Positions 1-12,969 are shown, numbered from the stretch's first letter. The stretch is DNA of 64,000 nucleotides from Moniliella sp. 'wahieum' (GCA_003971905.1 RSEE01000009.1:930001-994000), one strand, 5' to 3'. The notes: generated by a model not told the origin, from the sequence alone. Numbers and translations are program-made.

Positions 1-1899
1 CAAAGCAAAGATTACTACCGCACCAACTCAGCGCTGATGAACGAGCTCATTCGGGTTGGACATGCATTGACTCGCGTTCAACCCTTCGAGTATGGTGTGG
101 CTGCTGGGGTGCTCCAGCCGAGTCATGTGGAGGACGTGGCAAAGGACCTCATGGACAGTGCCCGCTCTGGGTTTCGACAAGGCGTACGCTCCCAGCCTTC
201 GCAACCAATGGACGAAACTGAAGAGCAGAAGGCACTCGTCAGCGTGCAATGGAACGGGCTAAAGCCAAGCAGCGGGACCGGGAACGCGGTGCGACTCGTC
301 TGCGCAAGCCCATTCCGCGTCAGTTGCTCATACCTGGTGCCTACAGTGACGATGCAGCCAGCGATGATGATTTGCATGGCCTGTCAGTGGAATCATGGCG
401 CGCCGAACGACAGCGCAAGCTCGCCCATCTCGACATACCCGAAGATGGATCGTCGCCCTCTTCCTCGGGTGGGAAGGACGACGGGCCAAGAAAGCTCTCT
501 CCAAGGGAGTTGAGGCGGTCACACCTCGTTGGCGCAATCCAGCACTTACTCGGGCCTATGTGGCCGCGGACTTCCAGGCGCTGCGTACGCCTGGGTCCAG
601 TACACGGCGGCGCAAAAGCGCCCCGGGTGGAGCCGATCCTGACCAAGCCGATGCCACGTTAGCCGGGCCCAGGCGATGGCGAAGAGATCGTCCATTGGAC
701 ATAGACATTCCCCATTCGCTTCGCGGTCGGCGCTTACCGGCGGCTCTGTTTGACTCTGGCTGGTTAGCCCAACATCGGGAAGAGCTTTACAATGCGCCCT
801 ATTACATCTCAGTAGACGATGACCCCGTACCTGGGTGGTCAGAAGGGGCCTACGGCGTATCCGAATCCGACGGCTCCTGTGCTGACTCTCCAGCCAAGGG
901 GCCCCCCTGGCTCGGCGGTCAAGGGAAAGGGCGCAGTGCGTCCACTTCATTCTCCACCGCTAGCTCCGCTAGGTCAGTCGAGCCTTCACCTTCGCTTTCT
1001 CCCGGCAAGCAAGAGTTTCTGCACAACCGCCCTAACCGTGGGTCCATCTCTGGCTTCCACAAAGCTCGTCCCCGCATCGTCATTGATGAAAAGAATACCG
1101 AATGGGCGGTTGAGGATGACGATGAAGACGAGGGAGATGAGGTGGACGACTGGTGCCTACGCTGGAGCGACGACGGTCGTCTAAACGCCAACGTACCTCC
1201 GTTTCTCAGTCCCGTCCCTGCCTATCGCATGGAGTTCCCCCGCCTATGGCCCCATTGCCGCCCCCACCGTTGAAGAAGGCGCAGCACAGCGCATCGGCTG
1301 TGCTTCAATCTACGACCCAGTCCCCTCCTTTGGCCTCCGCCCCAGAGCAGACACCGGTCTTCTGGACGGTGCGTGTCTTTACCCGCACAGGAGGGCGATG
1401 CTGGCTCCACGACGAGTGTTTCGGCAGATATCAAGGTGGAAAAGCCTGGCACGCCGTCAGGCGGATGGCTGGATTGGGGGACTGGTCCCGCGAATTCCAC
1501 TTACCCCTTGGGGATTTACTGCCGATGGAGCTTTCTTCAGGATTGGGATTAGGTACTCCGATGGAAATCGTGCCCCAAACCCCAGGAACGGTGGCCCGAT
1601 TGATGTCCAATCTGGGGTCCGGCCTTCTCACACCCCAGTCTGGGTGCGTCAGCAGTCCCGGATGATGCAAGAGTGAGCACTGGCGCCAGCACCAAACCGA
1701 AACAACTTTGGCTGTGCGGGTACGACGTCAGTGAGCCCACCCAGTCCCTACTACCTCGGAAAGGCGATCGAAGAGCCCGGGCAACACCGAAGCGCAGTAT
1801 CACCATCAACTTCAGGCGCACCACCAGCAAATTGTTCACCGTCTCTCCCAAGCGAGCCCATCGCTTACTTCGCCCAGTACCGAGTAATGGGTTGTACTA
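1..1899 (+). CDS. 3' part of an uncharacterised protein (5'-truncated, frameshifted, end uncertain)
   Basis: Protein-like segments link across frames: MNELIRVGHALTRVQPFEYG, MERAKAKQRDRERG, LPAALFDSGWLAQHREELYNAPYY, then an acidic and S/P-rich tail. No family recognised. Confidence 0.45.
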
Positions 1900-2289
1900 G
1901 TACTTTGGTACCTTGCGACCTCATCCCTCTCTGTAACTTTCACGATATTTCCCCTTTGCGCGCGCGCGGCCTCTATCCCCCACCGCCTCTCATGATACCG
2001 CACTACCTGTGTTCCCCCCCACCGACCTGCGTCGGCGGCCTGCACCTTGTCCCTATCCCCCCCTGTTGCGCTATACGTGACGCGTTTCACCCTCCCGTTG
2101 TGCGTCGGGACTGGCGTGTTATGCCAGTAGCCGGTCTTGGGCGTATTGTAAAAGCTCTAAGACCACAGTCTTAGCCCCCTATTGGGTGCGTTTTTGGCAT
2201 AAGTGGCACTTGGACTACATAGTCAAAATGTATGCGTCGAGTACTATACATGCACGCTCATCGGCATGTCAGATCCCTCAGAAAGCGCT

Positions 2290-2530
2290 TTGCTGAGAGA
2301 TGAAGGATGAAGCTTGAAGGCCCATCGACGCGCTCACCAGAAAAGCAGGTGATCCAAACGCGTGACCCGCGTGACGCGTGACTGGTGACCGGCCGGTGAC
2401 CGGCGGTGACCACAGCAATGATTAATCGATTAATGAGCCAACGAGCGTGATCGAACGTTGGCGTTGATGCATGATGCATGATGCATGATGGTTGGATCCG
2501 CTGGCAGGCTGACCAGTGACCGGTGACTCC
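2290..2530. repeat. Heptamer-palindrome cluster upstream of HRQ1
   Basis: CGTGACG-CGTGACT-GGTGACC at 2370-2390, AATGATT, GTTGATG-(CATGATG)x3 at 2463-2490, AGTGACC-GGTGACT. Confidence 0.85.
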
Positions 2531-2644
2531 GATTAAACCACCTCCTCGCTTTTTGTGTCCACCTCCCCATCTCTGAACCCGCGTGCTCACTGACCAGCCT
2601 TGCCCTTCCCCTCCTCCCCCTCCTCCCCCTCCTCCCCCCTCTCG

Positions 2645-5600
2645 ATGAGCGACCAACACCGCCCATCTGCAAGGCGAAGCCCATTCGTAGGGCGACCATC
2701 TACGGTCAGACCCCACCTTCCCACTGTCCGCTACCCGCGGCACCCTTCGCGGCTACCACCACGCCTGTACCATCGGCATCCCCAGGGCCAAGCCAGCTCC
2801 GGCCTCCAGCCACTTCAGTCGATCGAGTGCACCAAGACCGAGCCGTCGTCCGCCCTCCATACCTACTCCTCGCCCCTCTGCCTCTTATTCTTCGTCCCGC
2901 ACCCTCTTTGACGCTGTGGTTGTGGCATCTCCTCCCTCTGGCTCCAAACGGACCAGGTCGCCCTCTCCTTCTGCACCCCATGAGAGCGACGATGAACCAA
3001 CTCTCTCAGGTGTACGCCAAGTTCTTCTATCCCCAAGCAGGAGAAAAGCTGTGCCTCATGGGTCTGCCCCTAACAAGCGCCTGTCCGTCTTCACCGTCTC
3101 CCAAGCCCTCACCAAATCCAGCACTGCCTTTACTCGGCCTGCACCAGTATCCGAGACACGAAAACACGAGATTCATCAGCCTGGGGACCTTCGAGCGTGA
3201 TGAAATCCATGGTGAACTTTGGAAAGTACCGTGGCAACATCCCTGATTTTGATGCTCCAGTAACTCCGCCGGGCGTTCGGAAGAGGGCAACATTGAGATG
3301 GAGCAGAGCGCAAACAAGGTGCCCGTCTGACGTCTCCGACCTCCCTCTTCCTCGCCCTCCTCCTATCCATCCTGGGTCTCGTGCACCAGCCTTGAAACCT
3401 ATTCCTGCATCTGTGGTGCCGGGATCGACATGGCCACCCCATTTCGTCCGGCTCGAACAGACCTTCCGGGCGGTAGCCATTGTTTCCTCCTTTGTGGGTG
3501 CTCACAAACACATTGTGTTATCTTTCCAACTCCTTCGCTCTTCGACTGAGAAATTGATCAAGCGGTACGTTGGACCATCCTGCTGGGGTTTGTGGCATTG
3601 TGTGGTTAACAACTCTCACCAGCCCCCTTGAGGTTGTTGATCTGGCTCAGATCAAATCGCTGTGCCCGGACATGGTTGACTTTGCTTATGCCAAGACCGG
3701 AGACGTGTCATCGCACCTGTTCGATAGCGCAGAAAGGGGGAGAAGTGCCGATTCAAAAGAACTCGATGATGCCTATGCTGTGGCCGCTTTGCGGGAACAG
3801 GGTGAAGAGGATACGGGCGATGGCGGGCAAGGATCTACTGCTGCTGCTGAGGACGACTATATTCTGATTTTTTCCTTCAAGGACGGAGAACAGTCGGCGC
3901 CCAAAGCTACTTCCACTGGCAGGTTTGAAAATTATCGCAAGCAAGCTGCCTTTCGAGCTGCTCAGGGCGACGGCAAATTCTTGCAGGGTACACCCCGGAC
4001 CTATCGGCAGCCGAAACGCAGCAGCTCATAGTGAAACGGAACACCAAGTTCTCGCAAGCCATTCGGGAACTGCTGGCCGCTTGCGCTGAGGAGGGTAAGG
4101 AGAACCCTGTTCAGCTGTTACTCGATGCAGCTGCTGATCACGTTCCCGTCCATCCCAACCTTGGTAAAGGAGGAGAGGACGGGGGGGTATTGTCCGGTCG
4201 GGACCGCAAGGCATGGCTGGACCATATCCTCCTACATCCAGAGCAGCGCCCCAGTTTGGGAGAGATCATCACTGAGCTCACCAATGCGGAAGACTACCAG
4301 GACCAAATTGTCCCGGTGGACTCAAGACAGTCCCAGCTCGAGACCCCAAATATGGGAGTCCCCAAAAGGCATTGTCGGAGGATGTGCAGGACCTCTTGTC
4401 TGACTCGGGTATCGAACATCTCTACACCCACCAGGCACATGCCTTGGACGCTTTCGCAGATGGAAAGAATGTTGTGGTGGCTACCCCCACCTCGTCGGGA
4501 AAGTCACTCATCTACCAGCTGCCGTTGCTCGATAGCTTGATTCATGGTGCCACTGCCTTCTTTATTTTCCCCACCAAAGCATTGGCGCAGGACCAGTTGC
4601 GCTCCCTCTCTACTCTTTTACGACGTCATCCTGGTCGAGGGGGAGCTACCAGTGGTGGCTACCTACGATGGAGGACACCCCAACCCAAGAACGCAAATTC
4701 CTCCGCAAAAATGCTCAAGTCATTTTTACCAACGTCGACATGCTCCACCAAGCTATTTTACCTGGCGAAGAGCTTTGGAGACGGTTCCTCACCAACTTGA
4801 GGTTAATTGTGCTGGACGAGCTACATGTGTACGATGGTCTCTTTGGTGCGCATGCTGCTCTCGTGTTTCGCCGACTGCGCCGCATCTGCTCTGCTTTGGG
4901 TAATGAGAATATCCAGTTCATCAGTTCGTCTGCTACTATCTCGGACCCGCGCTCACATGTCGAACTTGCTGGCCTTGGACCCCGATACCGTGACCCCCAT
5001 CCTTGGAGACCTCGACGGCTCACCCCAGGCGGAAAAACACTGGGTCTTGTGGAACCCCCCTCTCCTCGACGAGACGGATCCATCCCAGGGTCGAGCATCG
5101 TCTTATACCGAAGTGACTCGCATCTTTATTCATCTCCTCGAACGAGGCGCTCGCACCATGATCTTTACTCGGGTGCGGCGGCAGGCCGAGATTCTCCTCC
5201 GCCAGATACGGGAGACGTTGCTACTCTCCAATCGGGCCGACCTGGTGGATCGGGTGGCGGCGTACAGGGTGGGTATAGCCCAGAAGACCGCCGCAGGATC
5301 GAGCAATCCATGTTCACCGGCGACCTTCTTGGGATTATTTCTACCACGGCACTTGAACTGGGGATCGACATTGGTCACCTGGATGCAGTCATCATGCACG
5401 GCTTCCCTTACACCGTGTCGTCCCTGCGTCAAATGGCGGGCCGTGCCGGACGAAGGCAGCAGGGACAGTGCTGCCTTCTTGGTGGCTGAGGCTTTCCCTG
5501 TGGACCAACATTATATGCGCAATCCCCATCTTCTCTTTGACGCCCCCGCCACGCCCATGCGTATCCAGTACGACAATGACTTTCTACTCGAGTGTCATCT

Positions 5601-6854
5601 CCAATGCGCAGCATATGAGATGCCTGTCGATCCTACCACAGATGAGGAGTTCTTCGGTCCCCAGATCCATCGCTTAGCAGAGACGCGACTGGTCAAGGGT
5701 ACTGGTGAACGATCTGCTTTCTACTTTCCTGCCGAGGGTTGGCTGGACAACCCGTCGGGTCAAGTTGCGCTCCGGGGTGGAGGGGAGCCCAAATACACCT
5801 ATGTGGATGTGGGTTCGACGCGGGTACTGGAGGAGGTGGAGATGAGTCGTTCCATCTTTGAGGCGTTTGAAGGAGCGATCTTCATGCACCAGGGCCAATC
5901 GTTCTTATGTGTGCATGTAGACCATGACAAGCGCATTGTGCAAATGAGCAAGTCGGACGCTCGTTACCACACTCGTTCACGCGATCATACCGACATTGAC
6001 GCCGTTCAGACTCAACGCGTACGCTCTCTCACTAAAGATCGAGCCTACTATGGCGTTGTTAGGGTCGAATCAAGGGTATGGGGCTACTACAAAGTGGACA
6101 GGCAAGCCCATATCCTAGACGCTGTCGAGGTCGACACGCCCCCTTATGTTCGCCAGCCGCGGGATGTGGATTGATGTCCCAACTTGGCTTTTGGATGCTT
6201 TGGTCAAACAGGGCATCAACGTTGCAGCAGCTATCCACTCTGCCGAGCACGCGCTGCTCAGTCTTACTCCCCTCTTTAGCCTGGCTTCTGCTGGGGATGT
6301 TCTGACGGACTGCAAATTGCCCGAGCGGGAGCTTAGTACGTCGGGGCCAACAGCGCGCCGAAGACCGGCCCGATTGCTTTGGTACGACGCCCAGATGGTC
6401 TCCAAGGACTCTCGCACCCAGCGAGGAGCGGGACTGTGCTACAAAGCGTTTGAGCATCTCGAAACGCTGGTTAGCATCGCGATGACGGTGATTGAGCAAT
6501 GTTCCTGTGCGGAAGGGTGTATGGCATGTATTCACAGTGATACATGTGCTCATGGTAACTTGGTTTTCAGCAAGGTGGGTGCCTTGGCTATACTTCGTGC
6601 CATCCGTGGCATCAAGCCGTTCGATGAGCGCTTGGAACACCAAGGCGAACAAGGTCGAGCCACCTCTTTGCTCGGAGGCCTCTCTGTCCCAGACTGTACG
6701 GCCCGCCAGCCCCGTGCCGGCTTCCCACACCTTGCCTGTCGAGACGTTTCAGGAGACGCTTCCTCCCGATTTGTCTCTTCCCTCTCAGCGCCCTCGCTCC
6801 CCTGTTGCTACCCCGGGAGCATCTTTGGTGTATGAAGAAGTAGAGGATGAATAA
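2645..6854 (+). CDS. HRQ1: RecQ4-like DEAD/DEAH helicase Hrq1 with C-terminal Zn-binding DUF1998/MrfA domain
   Basis: LYTHQA, ATPTSSGKS (motif I), FPTKALAQDQ, VLDELHVY (motif II), ALELGIDIG, QMAGRAGRR (motif VI), HLQCAAYE, CSCAEGCMAC. N-terminal WPPHFVRLEQTFRA. GTACGT intron near 3565-3622. Several frameshifts. Confidence 0.93.
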
Positions 6855-6947
6855 TATGGCATCCTTCCCTTTTCCTTCCTTTTGGGAGCTACTTGCCATC
6901 AACACCATCTCCTTCTGAGGTTGAACATGGCAAATGATCCAACAATC

Positions 6948-7791
6948 TCAAGATGAGGGCGGACCCCATCCCAGAATACGTTCGCCCCTTTTGACAGCTC
7001 GTGTCCAGATGCGCAGCCACGAGTAGTTCCACGCGGGTCGAAGGTTGGTGACAAGATCGTAAATCAGGGCACGATTGTATGCCCGATGCCGCTCTGTGTT
7101 GGCGCCAAGCCACGCTTGATAGAAATCGCTCAGAGGCACAGGTGGTGGACGAGTATCCGGGGAAGAGCTGGTAGAAGGAAGGAGAGCAGGCGATGCGGAT
7201 GCAGCAAGTTCAGGGGAAACGGAAACGTCGTCGCCTGCACCCGCCTCGAGAGCCAGGGTAGACTGCTGGACAAGTTGAGCTGGTGGCGCAGGTGGGTTGA
7301 CCTGGAAATCGTGCAAGTCACGCTCAAAGCGAGCGTTGTTGTCTCGCCAAAAACGTTGGTGGAAGGCATCAGAATGAACCCGGCGTAATACTGATTGCAT
7401 CTCGGCCACCTCGAGACGCTGGACCAACTCGCGGTAGTACCATGAATGGGGTACTTGGCGGAGGCGCAACACCCCTGCCAGGCCACTCCAGAATGGATGT
7501 TGGGAGCGGTCTGGTCAGGGGCGAGAATGGAGAACTCCGCTAGGCTGTAGGGGTGCGATTTGCGCTTGTCGGTGTCTCCTTCAGATGCGGACGAGGGAGC
7601 CTGAACTTCAAACGCCGAGCCATATCGCACAGGACGCAAGTTGCTGACAGGATCGGGGGGACCAACGATGTCGGCACCGGGCGCGGCAGCTAGATGACGG
7701 CGACTGCGACGTGGAGGATGGTAAACCGTGCACGAAGAGTGATGGAACGTGCTCCCTCCACTGGTCTCGGTAACGGCAGCGGAGGACGCAT
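6948..7791 (-). CDS. COA8: COA8/APOPT1 family mitochondrial protein
   Basis: DIVGPPDPVSNLRPVRY, FHQRFWRDNNARF, LSDFYQAWL..HRAYN. Arg-rich N-terminus. Start uncertain. Confidence 0.8.
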
Positions 7792-8033
7792 GACCGAACG
7801 GTGATGGTGGTGTTGGTAATCCACAGTGGCTATGGCAGCGGGTGCCGAGCAACAGACCTGGGTCAATTCCGCAGCGGCGCCTTCCAAGTTCCGCTCTGCC
7901 GCTGCCCGTCCCAAAGCCAGGTTAAATGGAACTGGGGCATTTACGGCCTTGAAGCTTGGCATCTATAAGACGCCGTCACAAGGGACTGTCTCGGCTCAGT
8001 GACAAGGAGGAAAGGGTATCGTATAACTGCACA

Positions 8034-8475
8034 TCACTCAAGGATGACACGGACGATGAGAGAACAACCAGTACATGGGGCCAAATCATTCCCATCCGCC
8101 AACCGGGTCGCCGTAGTGGTGTATGCCCACCGCAGCGGCATGGGTGCGTAAAGATGGTCTCAGCATCATCCACATCCTCGTTGGCGTCAAAAGCATCAAG
8201 GTCGAGCGATTCCCTTGCTTTTTGGGCATTTTGAGCATTTGCAACTAGTGTCCGTGTTGTGGCCAGCATGGAATCGTATTCGTTCCGGGCTACGGGGTCG
8301 CACAGAATCTCATAGGCCTCGTTAATGCGGCGAATGTGATCCTCAGAGGCAACGCTCTTGTCGGGGTGATGAATCTTGGCCAAGGCCAGGTAGGATGCAC
8401 GGATCTCCTTGTGAGAGGCTCCTGGGGCACACCAAGAACGTCATAGTGCGTTGGCCCCGTCGTGGCGGGCGCCAT
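8034..8475 (-). CDS. DPH4: Diphthamide biosynthesis protein 4 (J-domain plus CSL zinc finger)
   Basis: THYDVLGV, HHPDK, INEAYEIL, PCRCGG, and after a frameshift APCTGCSLIVRV-stop. Confidence 0.9.
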
Positions 8476-8589
8476 CTCCAAGCAGACGAACTGGGAGAAA
8501 CTTGGCTCTAAGCAGGGTGTCGTGGTGCGGGGCAAATACGTACCTCTCGCTCGCATCCCACCTGGGAGTCAAATTGGATGCAAATATGG

Positions 8590-8663
8590 AACCCTAGCTG
8601 TCCGCAATATTTATCACACTGCGGCAACCTCACTCAGGGGCACTGTAGTTGTAACTAACCCTA
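8590..8663. promoter_or_regulatory. Two AACCCTA telobox/Tbf1-like motifs in the DPH4-RPL3 divergent promoter
   Basis: AACCCTA at 8590-8596 and 8657-8663 within a ~280 bp head-to-head interval. Confidence 0.4.
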
Positions 8664-8753
8664 TTGTTTTTTTATGCCCCCTTTCTGGCCCTCGGCCCTT
8701 TCAACAACTGCCCAGCGGCCCCTTTGTTACGCTTCCGTCGACCACCAAGCACA

Positions 8754-9928
8754 ATGTCCCACTGCAAGTACGAGCACCCCCGTCACGGTAGCACGGCCTT
8801 CCTGCCCCGGAAGCGTGCTGCGCACCCGCGCGGCCGCGTGCGTGCCTTCCCCAAGGACGACCCTAAGAAGCCCGTCCACCTCACTGCTTCCTTGGCTACA
8901 AGGCTGGCATGACCCACATTGTGCGTGAGCTCGAGCGCCCTGGGTCGAAGATGCACAAGAAGGAGATTGTCGAGTCCGCTACCGTTGTTGAGGCTCCTCC
9001 TCTTGTTGTTGTTGGTGCCGTCGGCTACATTGAGACGCCCAAGGGTCTCCGCGCCCTGACCACTGTCTGGGCTGAGCACCTGTCCGAGGAGGTCAAGCGT
9101 CGCTTCTACAAGAACTGGTACCGCTCCAAGCGCAAGGCGTTCACTACCTACGCCAAGAAGTACTCTGAGGATGGCGGTGCTTCTATCAGCAAGGAGCTTG
9201 AGCGTATCCGCAAGTACTGCACGGTCGTCCGTGTGCTTGCCCACACTCAGCTCTCCAAGACTGGTCTGAAGCAGAAGAAGGCGCACCTGATGGAGATCCA
9301 GGTCAACGGTGGCTCGATCTCGGACAAGGTTGACTTCGCCAAGGAGCACTTTGAGAAGACGGTCGACCTCAAGTCGGTCTTCGCCGAGAACGAGATTGTT
9401 GACGTCATCTCGATCACCAAGGGTCACGGTAACGAGGGTGTCGTTGCTCGTTGGGGTGTCAAGAAGCTTCCTCGCAAGACCCACCGTGGTCTCCGCAAGG
9501 TTGCCTGCATTGGTGCGTGGCACCCGGCTAACGTGCGCTTCACTGTCGCCCGTGCTGGTCAGGACGGCTACCACCACCGTACTGAGCTCAACAAGAAGAT
9601 CTACCGGATCGCCACTGGCTCGGAGGAGGGCTCGGGCTCGACTGAGTTCGATGCCACCAAGAAGGCCATCACCCCCATGGGTGGCTTCCCTCACTACGGT
9701 ATTGTCAACTCGGACTTTGTCCTGCTCAAGGGCTCCATCCCCGGTACCAAGAAACGTGTGGTGACCCTGCGTAAGTCGATGGCTCACCACACCTCGCGCG
9801 CTGCGCTCGAGAATGTGGCTCTCAAGTGGATCGACACCTCGTCGAAGCACGGCCACGGTCAGTTCCAGACCCGCGAGGAGGCCGACGCTTTCCTCGGCCC
9901 CCGCAAGCTCAAGGCTGTCTTCGAGTAA
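8754..9928 (+). CDS. RPL3: 60S ribosomal protein L3 (uL3), intronless
   Basis: [67 protein letters not shown]. Strong codon bias. One apparent 1-nt deletion near 8890. Confidence 0.98.
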
Positions 9929-10474
9929 ACGGTCTCTCTTATGTGGCTTTACAAACCTTTCACAAAATATGGTGGATGCTGTCACCTCGTATGCCTCCAT
10001 GTTTGCATGGCGAATCTCATTGTCGTTGCCACCATAGCCCTTCATGCGTCGCTAGTCTCTTTTCAGGCTTACAGCTTGTCCACTACAGACCCGGATGAAT
10101 GTGAGATCTACTGATTCAAACCAGTGGTCTTTGGGAGCAGACTCGAAGATCATAAGAGGGGAACGATGTTTCAACCGCTCTCGGCGCAAGGGCGCGATCC
10201 TTAAAAAAGACGGCATGCTAACAGTCCGACCCGCGGCCTCCTCGAGTAACTAGTAATCCCTAGAGGTACGAATTGGCAGTGTCCCGCCTTACTCTTCCTA
10301 CCAAGCGAGGGCCTGAGTTATACACGGCTCCCAATCGATTAATATAATGGTGGTAGGTGCCCGTACGTGAAGTTAATTTGACTGAGTTAAGCTAGTTATC
10401 GGAGAAGAGCGCCCCAAACCAACTGTCCTCCGTTCAAGCTTCAAGATCAAACAACCCTGGTAGTGGTGGATGGG

Positions 10475-10528
10475 GGAACGGTGGCGACGGTGGCGACGAT
10501 GGGACGGTGGACGATGAAACGGTGACCC
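10475..10528. repeat. Degenerate 9-mer (ACGGTGGCG) array, copy 1
   Basis: ggaacggtggcgacggtggcgacgatgggacggtggacgatgaaacggtgaccc. Confidence 0.7.
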
Positions 10529-10784
10529 TCTAGTCGCTTAATAAATCGAAGCGAAAAACGCTCGGCTCGGCATACAGAAATGCGTCACACTCAGAAGCCT
10601 CCAACAGCACAGGTTTGTATCACGCTTCATGCGTCACGCGTCACGGGCCTAACTAGCGGTGTGAACCAGAGGCCAAGGAGATGGCATTGCAGAGAAGGGG
10701 GACTAAAAACCTGTGGGCTGTGAGAAACTCCGAAGTCGGAAGCATGTGGAAGGCCCGATGAAACGCGCCGGACGGCCACGTGCC

Positions 10785-12635
10785 ACTGAAGCTTGAAGCT
10801 TGTAGCTTGAAGCTTGAAGCTCTTGAGGGTTTGAAGCTATTAGCTTGAAGCTTGAAGATTGAAGGTATAGCTCTTGAAGCTTGAAGGCCGATGGGCTCGG
10901 GACTGTTGCTCTGGACCATTGGTGTTATAGTCAACAGCTTGAAGGCAGAGAGGTACAGAATTAAGGGTGCAGACCAAGAGGTTACACGTTACATGTTACA
11001 GAAGGTACCAGTAGACCAGGTACGACCAGAGCTATTTATTGGGCCACAACGATTGAGGGCAGAAGAACAATGCAACGGCGACAGGGTTGTGGGTTGAACT
11101 CAATATTCAACGTCGTTCTTCAACGTCCAACGTTGAGCTGATAACGTCGAGAGAGACGTTGAGACGTTGAGGCCGGAAATCCTCAGAGCAATATTAGGCC
11201 TTAGGGTTCCAGTCCGGCACGGACCTCAAGTGAATCACAGTGACGCTCGCGTCGCTAATATATTCTCCGTCGTGGTTCGCTCGCTCGCTCCCTCCTCTAG
11301 TCCCACGTCACCTGTCTCATTCAAGCTCCAAGAGTGCTCTGGCTCACCACTGGGCCTTCTCCTGTAAGACCGGAGGAACCCAAGGGATTGGGTGAAGAAC
11401 CTCTGGAAATGTAGAGCATGCAATCGCGATGGTGGTGGTTCCGGTCTAAGCCTTGTGCCACACCTAGAGACAGGGGTCAGACAAGCCTGAGTGTACACGT
11501 GGAGGCTTCGGAGGACAAATCAGGGGTGAAGGGTGATGAGGCGCCTTGGCCTAAGTACGGGACCACGGGTCCCAACATCTCCCGCTTCTCTGAAGCTTCA
11601 GAAGGTTGAAGCTTGAAGCTTGAAGCTAGCGAAGGAAAAAAACAGCTTTTTGAGCAACTACGGGGGATGACTATATTCAGGGGCCTCAGGCCCCTCAGCG
11701 CCTCAGCGCCTCAGCCCTCAGACTTCAGCGCTAAAGCTTCAAGGACCTCAGCGCTTCAGCCTGTCCGAGCTCCCAGCTGTCTTCAAAAGCTTCAAGCTCT
11801 TCAAACCTGCCTAACGCGTTGTGTGTGACGCACTGAGACGGACTGTTGGGGATCGCGACGGCGGCCTGAGGCTTCCCTGAGGCCTGAGGAGGGTTTGACG
11901 ATCTGAGAGCCACTCTATATCATTTGCAAAGCTTGTAAGGCATGTTACCGGTTACGTGTTATGCATGTTACAGGTTATACTCCTGCAATCATAATAGCAT
12001 TTCTAACGCTAAGACAAGAAGAAAACGCTGCGCCTAAACAACAGTAATAAGCTCGCTCAGCCTCAGCACTCACCTCTGGCGTGTGTTGTACGCGGGTTAC
12101 TCGGTTACTAGTATAAGATTGCGGCCGCTCTAGTAGAGAGTACTGCACTCTGGCACAAAGTTGCTGAGTAGCTAGTAACTAGTAACTAGTGCCTGAGGAG
12201 CTGAGGCAGACTGAGGCGGAACGCTGAGAGGCTGAGTGCCTATCCATCCGTCTAGTGAGTGTTGGTACTGAGTAGCTCGGCTTGAAGTGTGCAGTAAAGC
12301 TAGTAACTAGTAACTAGTAACTAATAGCTGTTTGCTACAGGCATAGTCAAGTAGTAGTGACCCAGCGACTGCTATAGTAGCTGCTATGGCTGGCACTAGC
12401 TATACCTGCGCATGAAGCTCTTGAAGCGTGATAGTGCTGCATGATGCCTGATGCTTCACACGAAGAAGGCTGCAAAGCTTGAAACTTGAAGCTTGCTGGA
12501 GCTGGATGACCGGTGAGATCTGAGAGGTGGGAGGATGACCGATCGATGGGCGTCGAAGGGCGTGCGAATCACGCGTCACGCTGCCAATCACGCAGGTATC
12601 ACATGGCGCATGTGACATGTGACGTGCTGTCACAA
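10785..12635. repeat. Large composite field of heptamer-palindrome arrays
   Basis: About a dozen CTTGAAG-like units at 10785-10886, (N)GTTACA x3 at 10980-11000, CCTCAGN run at 11684-11760, TGTTACC-GGTTACG at 11943, (AGTAACT)x3 at 12302-12322, TGTGACA at 12611. Confidence 0.88.
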
Positions 12636-12969
12636 TCCTCGGGACCGGTAAAAGCAGGCCGCGCCGACCAGCCAGGCCATGCGTCGCAGGCCAGCCCAGG
12701 GCCACGTCTGGGGCTGTGCCGTGCGTGCTGGCGCGGCAGCAGCGCGCGGCAGCCCGCCTGGCCGAGGCCCACGCCGGCCACAGCCGCCGCCAACCGCCAT
12801 CGCGCGCCCAGCATCCCGCCCAGCATCCTGCGACCAGCCACCAGCAGCAGACCGCTGCAGCCCCCCGCCCCGCCGCACCACTCGCTCCCCCTGCCGCCGC
12901 CCATCGCGCCCGCGCCATCGCCCCCGTCTCTCCGTGCTGCCACCCTGCACGCCTGGCCGCATCGCCCTG

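Noticed and set aside
4372..6600. Prokaryotic defence helicase (DISARM DrmB/MrfA-like DUF1998)
   Set aside because: The fungal Hrq1 N-terminus and a spliceosomal intron identify ordinary HRQ1.
8783..10045. 420-aa antisense ORF over RPL3
   Set aside because: Expected shadow of strong codon bias in a highly expressed GC-rich gene.
10785..12330. CRISPR array or cloning-vector polylinker (many HindIII/SpeI/Bsu36I-like sites)
   Set aside because: There is no repeat-spacer structure and no cas or vector features. The sites arise at junctions or cores of the heptamer palindromes throughout fungal intergenic DNA.
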